Positions 19,592 through 29,239 of a DNA stretch of 64,000 nucleotides are shown in pieces. The stretch's first letter is position 1; each line of letters opens with the position of its first letter. The notes under the pieces were generated by a model, which made no database searches, was not told where the DNA came from, and saw only the letters and a list, made by a program, of their open reading frames with translations. Source of the stretch: a virus; the IMG/VR virus record IMGVR_UViG_3300020027_000004, positions 17,986-81,985 of that record; one strand, 5' to 3'. The translations under genes and the position numbers were made by a program.

Positions 19592-20229
19592 AGGCGATAG
19601 ATATCGAACTCGGCACCCGGAAAGGTCGACTCGTGATTGTGGCGCGGGCTGGCATCTCCGATGCCGGGGCCGTGCTTTGGAAAGCGGCATGCGACTGCGG
19701 TCGTGATGCAATCGTAATCGGGTACGCGTTCATGCGAGGAGCGTACGTTTCTTGTGGGTGCGAGAAGGCGCAACGAGCTGGGGATCGAACGCGCACTCAC
19801 GGGCAAAGCAAATCCAGGACGTACAAGTCATGGCTCATGATGTGGGATCGATGCAGAAGGCCGGGAAACAACCGATTCGCGTCTTACGGAGGCCGCGGGA
19901 TCACGGTCTGCGAGCGCTGGCGGACCTTCGATAATTTCCTCGCGGATATGGGCGAGCGCCCCGATGGAACATCGATCGACCGCTTCCCGAACCGCGATGG
20001 CAACTACGAGCCGGGAAATTGTCGATGGGGCACATCAACCGAGCAAGCGAGAAACAGAAGCGACAACATCGCGAGTCACGATCTCATCCAAGAGATCCGC
20101 GGTCGCATAGAGCACGGAGAATCAAATCGCTCGGTCGCTCGTCGGATGGGGCTCCAGGAAGCATATGTGTCAGCGGTGGTCCATCAACGAATATGGGCAG
20201 ACTCCTCGCCGTCGACTCGCGACAGGTAG
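19588..20229 (+). CDS. HNH homing-endonuclease-like protein with C-terminal HTH
   Basis: G.R.GRL.IV, W...CDCG, SCGC, YGGRGITVCERW..F.NFLADMG.RP.G.SIDR......GNYEPGNCRW.T..EQ.RNR. Confidence 0.9.
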   Translation: MKAIDIELGTRKGRLVIVARAGISDAGAVLWKAACDCGRDAIVIGYAFMRGAYVSCGCEKAQRAGDRTRTHGQSKSRTYKSWLMMWDRCRRPGNNRFASYGGRGITVCERWRTFDNFLADMGERPDGTSIDRFPNRDGNYEPGNCRWGTSTEQARNRSDNIASHDLIQEIRGRIEHGESNRSVARRMGLQEAYVSAVVHQRIWADSSPSTRDR

Positions 20230-20319
20230 AGCCGCGAGCTCGCCGGACCGCCACCGGGAACGAAGCGGCGCGGAGCCGCTGGGGCTCACTACGTTCCCGA
20301 TGGCGAGAATCACTGGTAG

Positions 20320-20490
20320 CTACGGCTTCGCCTTGTCGAGCTCGCGCTGCCGCTCGTTCTCACGTTCGCGTGCTTCGCGCTGTTCGCGGCGTTGTTCCTC
20401 CGCGGGGTCGTTCGTTTGGATCGGTCCCGGCTCACGCTCCGGGTGAGCGGGGTCTGGATTCGGCTGGTTCTGGTTCGGTGGGTTCGGCAT
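20320..20490 (-). CDS. Small P/N/Q-rich, charged hypothetical protein
   Basis: MPNPPNQNQPNP...EEQRREQREARERE; N-terminus resembles 24058-24600. Confidence 0.45.
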   Translation of the reverse strand: MPNPPNQNQPNPDPAHPEREPGPIQTNDPAEEQRREQREARERENERQRELDKAKP

Positions 20491-20857
20491 GGGCGGAGAT
20501 TGTTGCAACGCCCACACCGCCGAACTCGAGCATGGGTATCGCCCGGTTGCTGCGCGCTCAGCGTGCGGTGGCGCTCGTGCTGTCACATCCGCGCGCTACC
20601 ATCGGCGCATGGCTGAGGTTGCGATCGCCCGCGTTAGAGCTCCGTGGCGCATCCCAGGCCCCGGGATGCGTGTGAGTCGATGAGCACCGAGGAGGTGAGC
20701 GACATCCTTGCAGCCGATGGTAACGATGGCTGGTATTGGTCGATGCACTACCTGTTCGCGTGCATTCGCCTCACGGTGCGCCAGCAATCGCGCAACGCGG
20801 TGACCGGCAAGCCGTCGCCGAGGACCTAAGCGACGCATTGATCTTGATCTGGTAGGG

Positions 20858-21394
20858 TTGATCGAAGTCGTGACCCGAGAGAAGTCGAAGAACCCCAAGA
20901 CCGGCCGAAGCGGGCCATCGAATCGGGTGCTGGTCGCGATGAAGTTAATTAGCGAGATGCGGTACGGCCAGGCGCGCGTTGCGCTGATGGAGCAATTCGG
21001 CATCGCGCGCACCACCGCGACGAACGATCTCACCGAGGCCACGCGGTTGCTCGGCGAGGAACTCGAGACGCAGAAGCCGTATCTCGCCGGCGTGCTCGTC
21101 AATCGACTCCTCCGCGTGATGGATCGCGCGGAAGCGAAGGGGAAGGACATCGCGGCGGTCCGCGCTGCTGAAGCAGTGGCGAAGATCGCCGGCCTCATCG
21201 TCAACGAGCACGGCACCAACATCAACGTAATCGGTGGGAACAACGTTTCTATCGAGCAGCTCGCTCACGTCAAGGTCCTCCAGATGACGCAGCCGCAACG
21301 CATGCACCGCGAGCAAGAGCTGGCCGCGCGAGAGGCCGCATTGCTGGGAGCGTCGAGCGAGCCGAGCGAGCCAAGCGAAGGCGATGGCAATTGA
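20858..21394 (+). CDS. terS: Putative terminase small subunit
   Basis: HTH-like N-terminus, helical core, immediately upstream of and overlapping TerL. Confidence 0.6.
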   Translation: MIEVVTREKSKNPKTGRSGPSNRVLVAMKLISEMRYGQARVALMEQFGIARTTATNDLTEATRLLGEELETQKPYLAGVLVNRLLRVMDRAEAKGKDIAAVRAAEAVAKIAGLIVNEHGTNINVIGGNNVSIEQLAHVKVLQMTQPQRMHREQELAAREAALLGASSEPSEPSEGDGN

Positions 21395-23915
21395 AACGCT
21401 GCCGCTCTCCGATGAGGAGCGCGCCGAGCTCGAAGCGCTACGAGCTCACCGAATGCAGGCGGAGACGTTCCGCGAGTTTGTGCGGCGGTACGCTCCGCGG
21501 TTCTGGCCGGTGCCGCGACACCTCGCGCCGCTCTACAACCTGATCGAACGCACTCGCTTCGAGCGTGTTTTCGCGTGCGTGTCGATGCCACCTCGCCACG
21601 GAAAGCGACTTGCCCACGACACCCCGATTCTGACGCCGGAGGGCTGGCGAACACACGGAGATCTAGCGGTCGGAGATGACGTGTTCGCGCCGGACGGCTC
21701 GGTCACGAAGGTGTCCGAGGTGTTCGCCGATGGTGCGTGTGATCTACTAATCACGTTCGATGATGGAGAGCGTTTCGTTACCCATGGCGAGCATCAGTGG
21801 AGCGTTCTTCGCCGAGGCGGGAAAGCTGAGGAGGTCATCGACACCAACGCGATGATCGAGTCTGGTCTCCAGGCCCGCGACGGGGAGAAGTGGCGATATC
21901 GGTTCTCGGTCCGTTACACCGAACCACTGCAAGGCGTTGAGCGGTCGCTACCGTTTGATCCGTACGTGCTCGGTTACTGGCTCGGCAACGGAACCACTGG
22001 AATCGCGAAGGTCACCGCCGGGCCTGATGATGCGCCACACGTGATCAATCAGCTGAGCGCTAGGGGCGCCATGCTCGGTCCGCGCTTCGTGCATTCGGCC
22101 ACACGGTGCGTGACCCAGACGATCCGCAATGCCCCAGCGTGGACCGACAAGCGGATCCCAGTGGAGTATCTGACGGCATCTCTCGCTCAACGTCGAGCGC
22201 TCATGGCTGGGCTCGTCGATAGCGATGGGCACGTCGAACGCGAGACCGGTCGCGTTCGTTACGTCACCACGCTCCCAGATCTCGCGCGTGATGTGGAGGT
22301 GCTCGTCTCCTCGCTCGGCTACCGACCTAGCGCCACCACGCAAGCCCCCCACACCGGCTTCGCTCAAGGCCGCGACGTCATCGGTCGCCTAGATGTCCAC
22401 ACGGTTCAGTGGACTCCGCATGACGGGGAACCGCCCGGGACGCTGGAGCGAAAGCGCTTCGCCAAGGTCGGAGTTCGGCGCAGACGATCAATCATCAGCA
22501 TCGAACGCACCACGCCGGTTCCTGGGAAGTGCATCCAGGTGGAGCACCCGGATCATCTCTATCTCGTGGGCGAGCGGCTCGTTCCGACGCATAACAGCCT
22601 CACGCTAATGCTGGCGCTCGCCTGGCGGATCATGCTCGATCCGGTCTCGCGAAACTTCTACACGAGCTACGGACAGTCGCTCTCTAACGATGCAGGACGC
22701 AGCGTGCGCGGCATGATGCAGGAGCTCGGCGTCCCGCTCGACCGCAGCTCGAGCGCGATCGATTCGTGGAGCACGACCTACGGTGGCGGACTGCGAAGCA
22801 CCGCGCTCGGCGGTCCCATCACCGGCAAGGGATGCAACGGCGGCCTGATCGTTGTCGACGACATCATCAAGGGCTGGAAGGCAGCGCGCTCGAAGCTCAC
22901 GCGAGACGAGGCCTACAATTACATTGTGAATGACGTGATGTCGCGCCTCGAGGGCGGCTCGAGCATCATCCTCGTCGGTACGCGCTGGGATGAGGATGAT
23001 CCGATCGGCCGGATCATCCGCGATGGTCTCGGCAAGCGGAAGTGGGAGATCATCAACATGCCGGCGATCCACGACGCCTCTGGCGAACCGATCGACGAGC
23101 AGATCTACCCGGAGCTGGCGATGCCGCTCTGGGACACGATCGACGAGGCGCATCCGAACAGCCCGGCTGCGGCACTCGAGCACTACGCCGACATCAGAGC
23201 TCGAAACGAGTTCACGTGGTGGGCACTGATGCAGGGCATCCCTCGGTCCGAGGCCACGCGACTCTTTGGCGACCCCGCACGCTTCACGATGCCGCTCGAC
23301 TGGAAGGGGAAGCGCTCCGTGCTCTGGCTCGATCCGGCCGCGAGCGCCAAGACCTCGGCAGACTTCGGCGCGCTCGGCGCGTTCGCTGGCGATGGCTACG
23401 GTCCCAAGGCACGGATGTTCATCAACGAGATCGGGAAACGGCGCGTGTCGATCCCGCAGATCACCCGCGAGGCGCTCGCGTGGCAGAAGCGTTACAAGCT
23501 ACCGCTGGGCGTCGAGGCCATCGGGGCCTTCGAGGCGATTCCCGCGATCATGCGCGAGACCGAGCCGGACCTCGACGTCATCGCTCAGAACAGCGTGATC
23601 GGCGACAAGTTCACGCGCGCTCTCGGCGTCTCTGGTGCGTGGAACAACGGACGCGTGCTCGTGCCGATGGGCATCGACGCTAACGGCCACGCGATCGTCA
23701 CTACGGATCGCTACTCGTGGAAGAACCTCGACGGGTCCATCCAAGCCGTTCCGGTCGGCGGAGTGGAGTGGGTCCCGGACTACATTCGGGTCATGAAAGC
23801 GTTCACGGGCGTCGATGGCGGCGAGGATGATGTGGTCGATATCAGCGCGCACGCGTGGAACTACCTCCACGGCATCGGTGACGACATCGCGCGCTGGGAA
23901 GCGCTATCTCGTTGA
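21384..23915 (+). CDS. terL: Terminase large subunit, intein-containing
   Basis: Walker A MPPRHGK/S split by an intein; GGPITGKG...LIVVDD Walker B; TRWDEDD; C-terminal nuclease LDPA...D and DDVVD. Confidence 0.95.
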   Translation: MAIETLPLSDEERAELEALRAHRMQAETFREFVRRYAPRFWPVPRHLAPLYNLIERTRFERVFACVSMPPRHGKRLAHDTPILTPEGWRTHGDLAVGDDVFAPDGSVTKVSEVFADGACDLLITFDDGERFVTHGEHQWSVLRRGGKAEEVIDTNAMIESGLQARDGEKWRYRFSVRYTEPLQGVERSLPFDPYVLGYWLGNGTTGIAKVTAGPDDAPHVINQLSARGAMLGPRFVHSATRCVTQTIRNAPAWTDKRIPVEYLTASLAQRRALMAGLVDSDGHVERETGRVRYVTTLPDLARDVEVLVSSLGYRPSATTQAPHTGFAQGRDVIGRLDVHTVQWTPHDGEPPGTLERKRFAKVGVRRRRSIISIERTTPVPGKCIQVEHPDHLYLVGERLVPTHNSLTLMLALAWRIMLDPVSRNFYTSYGQSLSNDAGRSVRGMMQELGVPLDRSSSAIDSWSTTYGGGLRSTALGGPITGKGCNGGLIVVDDIIKGWKAARSKLTRDEAYNYIVNDVMSRLEGGSSIILVGTRWDEDDPIGRIIRDGLGKRKWEIINMPAIHDASGEPIDEQIYPELAMPLWDTIDEAHPNSPAAALEHYADIRARNEFTWWALMQGIPRSEATRLFGDPARFTMPLDWKGKRSVLWLDPAASAKTSADFGALGAFAGDGYGPKARMFINEIGKRRVSIPQITREALAWQKRYKLPLGVEAIGAFEAIPAIMRETEPDLDVIAQNSVIGDKFTRALGVSGAWNNGRVLVPMGIDANGHAIVTTDRYSWKNLDGSIQAVPVGGVEWVPDYIRVMKAFTGVDGGEDDVVDISAHAWNYLHGIGDDIARWEALSR
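21606..22595 (+). mobile_element. Intein (330 aa) with LAGLIDADG endonuclease, class-3 WCT signature, Arg at position 1
   Basis: Block A RLAHDTPILTPEGW, block B HGEHQW, YVLGYWLGNG and LMAGLVDSDG motifs, block F KCIQV, block G PTHN/S. Confidence 0.92.
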
Positions 23916-23990
23916 CTCATTGATGCCTTGAACAAGATGAGCTGGGAGCGCTAGACTCGCGAAGTCACGTTCTCTCTTCGGTGTGGGAAT

Positions 23991-24028
23991 GCCCCCGGTG
24001 GTCGCCATCCACCGGGGGCTCTGTTTTT
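23991..24028 (+). terminator. Intrinsic terminator after terL
   Basis: GCCCCCGGTGG-7 nt loop-CCACCGGGGGC followed by TCTGTTTTT. Confidence 0.8.
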
Positions 24029-24057
24029 CGGCATCGCGTGTGTATGCTGTCCTCACC

Positions 24058-24600
24058 ATGCCGAATCCGAACCGCCCGAACCAGCCCAACGCTCCGACTC
24101 CACCCGCACGCACCGCTGAAGGGACCGCGCCACATGGCTCGGCCACCGATGACTCCAGCCCGCCCGATGCCAAGACCGTATTGGCTGGTGCACCGGGTTC
24201 GGCGCATGGCTCGCCAACTCCGCTGGCGAGCGCCACGCGTCCCGCCAGCCAAGCGCCCACGCGCGAGCACCGGACCGAGGATGCCCCGCGGCCGAAGGTG
24301 GTTTACCAGGCGATGCGCGGCGCGCATCGCGAGTTCGCTCAGCAAGCGTTCGAGGACTACTCCGCGAACGCTGATGGCAAGACGCACGACGGGAAGCAGA
24401 TCCCGAACTTCAACGGGCTGACCGATTCGGTTCGTGACAACTGGGCCGCAGCGGTTCGCGGTCCCGTCGAGCGCATCGAGATGCTCGATGCCGAGATCGA
24501 AGGGTTGCGTACGCAGGTCGCAACGCTCCAGCGCGAAGCGAAGATCTCGAAGAAGCCGTGGCAGGATCGCGAGAAGCCCGAGCCCGAGCGCCGCGGCTAG
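24058..24600 (+). CDS. Hypothetical protein (Pro-rich N-terminus, C-terminal coiled coil)
   Basis: ATG24058 after TATGCT; AYEDY...DGK....F..L...RDNW.AA-like pattern. Confidence 0.65.
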   Translation: MPNPNRPNQPNAPTPPARTAEGTAPHGSATDDSSPPDAKTVLAGAPGSAHGSPTPLASATRPASQAPTREHRTEDAPRPKVVYQAMRGAHREFAQQAFEDYSANADGKTHDGKQIPNFNGLTDSVRDNWAAAVRGPVERIEMLDAEIEGLRTQVATLQREAKISKKPWQDREKPEPERRG

Positions 24601-24646
24601 ATCGAACGCGCGCGGGGATGTCGGCGCCGAGTGGTAGGGTGAGTCC

Positions 24647-26215
24647 ATGTCCTGGCTCACGAGCTTCTTCACTCGCTCGCCCGCAGTATCTCCGCAAGCG
24701 GTCGCCATCGATGCGGCAGTAAACGCGCTGCCGCGCGCCGCGCGAAACGATGCGTGGGCGAACCTGATCACTGCGATCGGCACGTCTCGCGACAAGAGCA
24801 CCGCATCCGAGTTCCGCCTCAAGGTGGTGACGGATATCGAGGCGAAGCAGCGGTGGCGCGGTGACGACATCGCGAAGAAGGTGATCGAGTCGAAGCCCCG
24901 CGATCGCATGCGGCGCGGGTTCGAGCTCGACCTCGGAGACAAGGAGATGTCCGAGGCGGTTTGCTCGATGTTCGAAGATCTGCGGCTCAATTGGTTCTTT
25001 GCCAGAGCTGGCATGTTCGAGAACGCACTCGGTGGGGCCGCGCTGTTCCCGGTGATCAACGATGCGCGCTCCCACGAGGAGCCCATCAACGAGAAGGGCA
25101 TCCCGAAGATCTCCCACTTCAAGCTGTTCGAGCCACGCGAGCTCGAGCCCTTCAAGTACTACGACGAGGACGCCGCGCATCCGAAGTTCAACCAGGTGGA
25201 GTTGTGGCGCACGCGAGCGACCACCCTCCGCGGAGGGCGTGCGAACAAGAGCGGCCTCGTCATCCACGAGTCTCGGCTCGTGATCTTCCCGGGAATCATC
25301 GTCGGTAACGATGATCAGGAGGGATGCTCGCCGGGGTTCGGCGACAACATGATGACCCTGGTCGATACAGTGCTCTCGCAGTTCGGGATGTCGTGGGGCG
25401 CGCTGGTGCTCCTCATCCAAGAGTTCTCGCAGGGCGTGTATCGGATGAAGGGGCTCAAGAGCGTGCTCGATTCCGATCGCGATGATCTCTATCAGAAGCG
25501 CGTCATCAACATGGACATCGCGAAGTCGATTCTCCACGCGCTGGTGATCGACATGGACGACGACTTCAAGCGAGACACCGTATCGCTTGCGGGCATTGCT
25601 GACGTCTTCATCCAGATGATGGTGCGCGTCTCCGCTGCTGCCGATCACCCGATGACGCGGCTGTTTGGAATCTCGCCCGCTGGCTTGAACGCGACCGGAG
25701 AAAGCGACCTCGAGACGTGGGATGACAAGGTGGAGGCATGGGGCGACGAACACATGCCGCAGTTCGAGCGGATCATCCGGCTCGGGCTCCTCTCGCACGA
25801 TGGTCCAACGAAGGGCAAGGAGCCCGACGTGTGGTCAGCGAAGTTCCGCCCGATGCGGCAGATGTCCGAGAAGGAGCAGGCCGAGCTCCGCGGCGTGGTC
25901 GCCGAGACCGATGAGCGATACATCAACGCGGAGGTGGTGTCTCGCGAGGAAGTGGCGAAGTCACGGTGGGGTGGCGACACCTGGTCGATGGAGATGTCGA
26001 TCGACTGGGGTGCGCGCAAGCGGCAAGAGATGGCCGCGGATCCCGTCGTCCCGAATCCAGATATGGAACCGACGATCGAGATCGTGGACCCGAACATCGC
26101 CGGATCGAACGTGGGGACGGTCCCTGATCCAACGACGGGAACCGACCCGAAGGCCAAGCCGAAGCAACCGACGAACGGCGCGCGCTCACCCGAACGGATG
26201 AACTCGGCGGAGTAG
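24647..26215 (+). CDS. Portal protein (DUF1073 type)
   Basis: D.W.NL.T.IG..RDK; IHESRLV.F.G; P.TRLFG.SP.GLNATGESD; position after TerL. Confidence 0.9.
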   Translation: MSWLTSFFTRSPAVSPQAVAIDAAVNALPRAARNDAWANLITAIGTSRDKSTASEFRLKVVTDIEAKQRWRGDDIAKKVIESKPRDRMRRGFELDLGDKEMSEAVCSMFEDLRLNWFFARAGMFENALGGAALFPVINDARSHEEPINEKGIPKISHFKLFEPRELEPFKYYDEDAAHPKFNQVELWRTRATTLRGGRANKSGLVIHESRLVIFPGIIVGNDDQEGCSPGFGDNMMTLVDTVLSQFGMSWGALVLLIQEFSQGVYRMKGLKSVLDSDRDDLYQKRVINMDIAKSILHALVIDMDDDFKRDTVSLAGIADVFIQMMVRVSAAADHPMTRLFGISPAGLNATGESDLETWDDKVEAWGDEHMPQFERIIRLGLLSHDGPTKGKEPDVWSAKFRPMRQMSEKEQAELRGVVAETDERYINAEVVSREEVAKSRWGGDTWSMEMSIDWGARKRQEMAADPVVPNPDMEPTIEIVDPNIAGSNVGTVPDPTTGTDPKAKPKQPTNGARSPERMNSAE

Positions 26216-26219
26216 CTCG

Positions 26220-27143
26220 GTGCTCGAACTCCAGACGCTCATCCACACCGATGCCGATGATGCTGCCAGCACGGTGGCGGCATACGCGGCGATGGGCATG
26301 GTCAGCCCGCGTCGCGTCGTGCCCGCCGGCGCGTATCCCATGCGGTTGGAGGAGGAGTACGCCGGTCGCATCCTCGACATCGCAACCGCGACGCACAACC
26401 AGCTCGCGCCGTTGCTCGAGGTGATGCCGGGCCTGCTCGCTCGCTCGCGGCTGAGCCTCGACTCTGCGAACCGCGTTGACGCTGGCGAACCGAAGTTCGC
26501 GCGCGCGCTCGTGGAGCAAGCTCGCACGCGTGTTCGCCAGGGCATCACGAGGGAGCAACACGAGCAACTCGCCGCGTACTACGGCGGCCGCACCAGCGCG
26601 GTGCAACGCGCGACACTCGCGCGGCAGCTGAAGGCCGGGCTTGGCATCGACATCCCGATCAGCGATCGGCGGACGCCGGAGATCCTCGAGTACTTCACGA
26701 ACGAGAATGCCGAGCTCATCACCTCGATCCCGGAGCAATACCTCTCCGACGTCGCGTCGCTCACCGCGCGCGCGTTCACCAACCGGATGTCACCGGATAC
26801 GTTCGCGGCCGAACTCCTTGCGCGATACGACATCACCGAGAACCGCGCGCGCTTCATCGCACGAGATCAGATCGGCAAGCTCCACGGTCAACTCGCCGCG
26901 TATCGCCAGAGCTCGCTCGGGATCACGCACTACTTCTGGATCGATCGTCGAGACAACCGCGTGCGACCAGCGCATCGCGCTCGACACGGGAAGCGATTCG
27001 CCTACGCGAAGCCACCGAAGGGGGGGCACCCAGGTGAGGACTTCGGCTGCCGATGCGTGAACCGCCCCGATCTTTCGGCGGTGATCGAGCGCATCAATGC
27101 GATGCGTCCTCCTCGGCAGCCGACCATCCGCGCTCGTCGATAG
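26220..27143 (+). CDS. Minor head morphogenesis protein (Mu gpF/SPP1 gp7 family)
   Basis: RARFIARDQIGKL...Y.W....D.RVRP.H....GK.F......G.HPGEDF.CRC. Confidence 0.9.
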   Translation: MLELQTLIHTDADDAASTVAAYAAMGMVSPRRVVPAGAYPMRLEEEYAGRILDIATATHNQLAPLLEVMPGLLARSRLSLDSANRVDAGEPKFARALVEQARTRVRQGITREQHEQLAAYYGGRTSAVQRATLARQLKAGLGIDIPISDRRTPEILEYFTNENAELITSIPEQYLSDVASLTARAFTNRMSPDTFAAELLARYDITENRARFIARDQIGKLHGQLAAYRQSSLGITHYFWIDRRDNRVRPAHRARHGKRFAYAKPPKGGHPGEDFGCRCVNRPDLSAVIERINAMRPPRQPTIRARR

Positions 27144-27230
27144 CTAGGGGTCGGAGCATCGCCGCACGCTAGCCCTAGCGTGTCGGCACTTGTGCACGTG
27201 GATCCGCCCTGTTAGGGTGGCCACAGATCA

Positions 27231-28679
27231 GTGAGGGTCGCTCGCACCGACATTGGAACGCTCCGCAAGCCGGAAATCACCGCTCAGGGATTTTTGAAGG
27301 TGGAGGGGTACGCGAGCAAGGCCGGCGTGTTCGTGTACCACCGCGGCGATGGGACCGAGGTCCGCGAGCTCCGGCCGCGTGACGAAGTGTTCTCGCTGAA
27401 GGCGCTCAGCAGCTACGAGGGCGCGCCGCTCACGCTCCACCATCCGAGCGAGAAGGTCACCGCGAAGAACGCGAAGCGCCACTCCATCGGCACGGTGCTC
27501 CAGCCCGCGCGCCGCGATGGCGATCACGTTGCGGTGACGATGATGATCTGCGATGCCGATGCGATCGAGGCCGCGAAGCGAGGCACTTCGCAGCTCTCGA
27601 GCGGCTACACGGTGGAGATCGAAGACAAGGCCGGAATCGATCCCGAGTTCGGCCGCTACGATTGCGTCCAGCGCAACATCGAGATCAACCACCAGGCGCT
27701 CGTTGATCGTGCTCGAGCTGGCGACACCGCGCGCATCCGGCTCGATCGCGCTGATGACGGCTACATGATCGGAGCGGCGGTGCTCACGTCCATCGTGGAT
27801 GGTCACCAGCACTCGCTCGACATGAGCGACACCCGCAACGGCATCGGGTCCACGTCGTGGGCGAACTCCGAAGGTTCGGAGAGCGGCCACTCACACGAGT
27901 GGGTCCGTAACACGGACGGTTCGATCGCGATCGCGGTCAACGAAGGCCACACGCACACGCTTCTCTCCGCCAGCGACAAGACCGACGGGCGTTCCAAGCC
28001 CACCAAAACGAAAGGACAGGGTATGCCGCCCGACAAGTCGAAGTCGAACAAGACCGACGCAACGCCGAACCTGGAGAATATCCTCCAGGCGGCGAAGGTC
28101 GAACTCGCCACGGTCCGCACGCGCGCGGACTCGGCGGAGGCCGAACTGGCCAAGCAACAGACCCGCGCGGACGTGGCGGAGGGCCAGGTGGTGGAGCTCC
28201 GCAAGCTGCTCGAGGACGCGCAGGCGGATCGCAACGATGTTGCGGCAGCCGAAGAGCGCGCCGCGCAGATCCGCGTTCTCGAGGACGAGAAGAAGGAGCT
28301 CCAGGAGAAGCTCGATGCCGCGAACGACCCGGAGGCGATGCGCCTCGCGGTGAAGGCGCGCGTCTCGCTCGAGCGCATCTCGGGCCCCGTCCTCAACCTC
28401 GACTCGATGGACGACATGACCGACCGCGAGATCATGATCGCCACCCTCGAGAAGTGCGGCCGCAAGGATCTCGCGGACGAGCCGGACGCGAAGATCGCCG
28501 GCCGGTTCTCCGAACTGATGTCGAATCGGTCTTCGAACCAGAAGGAGCTCGACAAGCTCATTCTGTCGGCGAAGAAGCCCGAGCCGCGCAGCGACGTTCG
28601 GAGCAAGCGCGAGGAGTACCTCGAGAAGCAGAACAACAGCTGGAAGCCCGCGCAAGGCTCCACGCAGAAGGGGGCGTAA
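27231..28679 (+). CDS. DUF2213 prohead protease/scaffold
   Basis: GFL.V.G..SK.GVF.Y; PLTL.HP; QLSSGY; NH.A.VDRARAG; C-terminal coiled-coil scaffold. Confidence 0.88.
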   Translation: MRVARTDIGTLRKPEITAQGFLKVEGYASKAGVFVYHRGDGTEVRELRPRDEVFSLKALSSYEGAPLTLHHPSEKVTAKNAKRHSIGTVLQPARRDGDHVAVTMMICDADAIEAAKRGTSQLSSGYTVEIEDKAGIDPEFGRYDCVQRNIEINHQALVDRARAGDTARIRLDRADDGYMIGAAVLTSIVDGHQHSLDMSDTRNGIGSTSWANSEGSESGHSHEWVRNTDGSIAIAVNEGHTHTLLSASDKTDGRSKPTKTKGQGMPPDKSKSNKTDATPNLENILQAAKVELATVRTRADSAEAELAKQQTRADVAEGQVVELRKLLEDAQADRNDVAAAEERAAQIRVLEDEKKELQEKLDAANDPEAMRLAVKARVSLERISGPVLNLDSMDDMTDREIMIATLEKCGRKDLADEPDAKIAGRFSELMSNRSSNQKELDKLILSAKKPEPRSDVRSKREEYLEKQNNSWKPAQGSTQKGA

Positions 28680-28684
28680 GCGCC

Positions 28685-29203
28685 ATGCCGCAGACTTCGA
28701 TCACGCCGGAAGGCCAAGCGTTCGCCGGAATGCTCGCCGATGCCGGCTACAAGGACACCGTCACCGGTGTCAACCTCGAGGCCTCCGCAGAGATGCGGTT
28801 CGGCATCGCGGTGAAGCAGCACGCCACGAAGAAGGATGGCGCGCAGCTCATCACCGCCGTCACATCGCGGCTCAAGGGCATCGTCCAGCACAACCACTGG
28901 TTTGCGAAGCCGGAGGAGCTCGGCGATATCGGTCTCAAGCCGAAGACGACGCTCGGTCTTCTCCGCAAGGGGAGGATCTGGGTGCCCGTCGAGGCACAGC
29001 CGGCCGCGCTCACCGACGAGGTGCACGTGCGGGCCGTCGCCTCGGGCGGCAACACGATCATCGGTGCGTTCACGCCGACCGCGGAAGCGGACGCGACGAT
29101 CGACATCACTCCGTTTGCTTCCTGGGTGGACCTCGGTTCGAGCGGTATCGCTTGCATCGAAGTCGACTTCCCGAACTCGGCGCTCGCTACGGCGGACGCG
29201 TAA
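28685..29203 (+). CDS. Head decoration/cement protein
   Basis: Lies between scaffold and capsid; AFAGMLAD...FG.AV...LRKGRIWV pattern. Confidence 0.75.
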   Translation: MPQTSITPEGQAFAGMLADAGYKDTVTGVNLEASAEMRFGIAVKQHATKKDGAQLITAVTSRLKGIVQHNHWFAKPEELGDIGLKPKTTLGLLRKGRIWVPVEAQPAALTDEVHVRAVASGGNTIIGAFTPTAEADATIDITPFASWVDLGSSGIACIEVDFPNSALATADA

Positions 29204-29239
29204 CCCGAGCCCGCAGGACGCAGGAAGGAACCACCGACC

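Noticed and set aside
24647-26215. Anti-CBASS Acb1 label sometimes attached to DUF1073 proteins
   Set aside because: Size, motifs and position between TerL and gpF indicate a portal; no 2H-phosphoesterase HxT/S motif pair was recognised.
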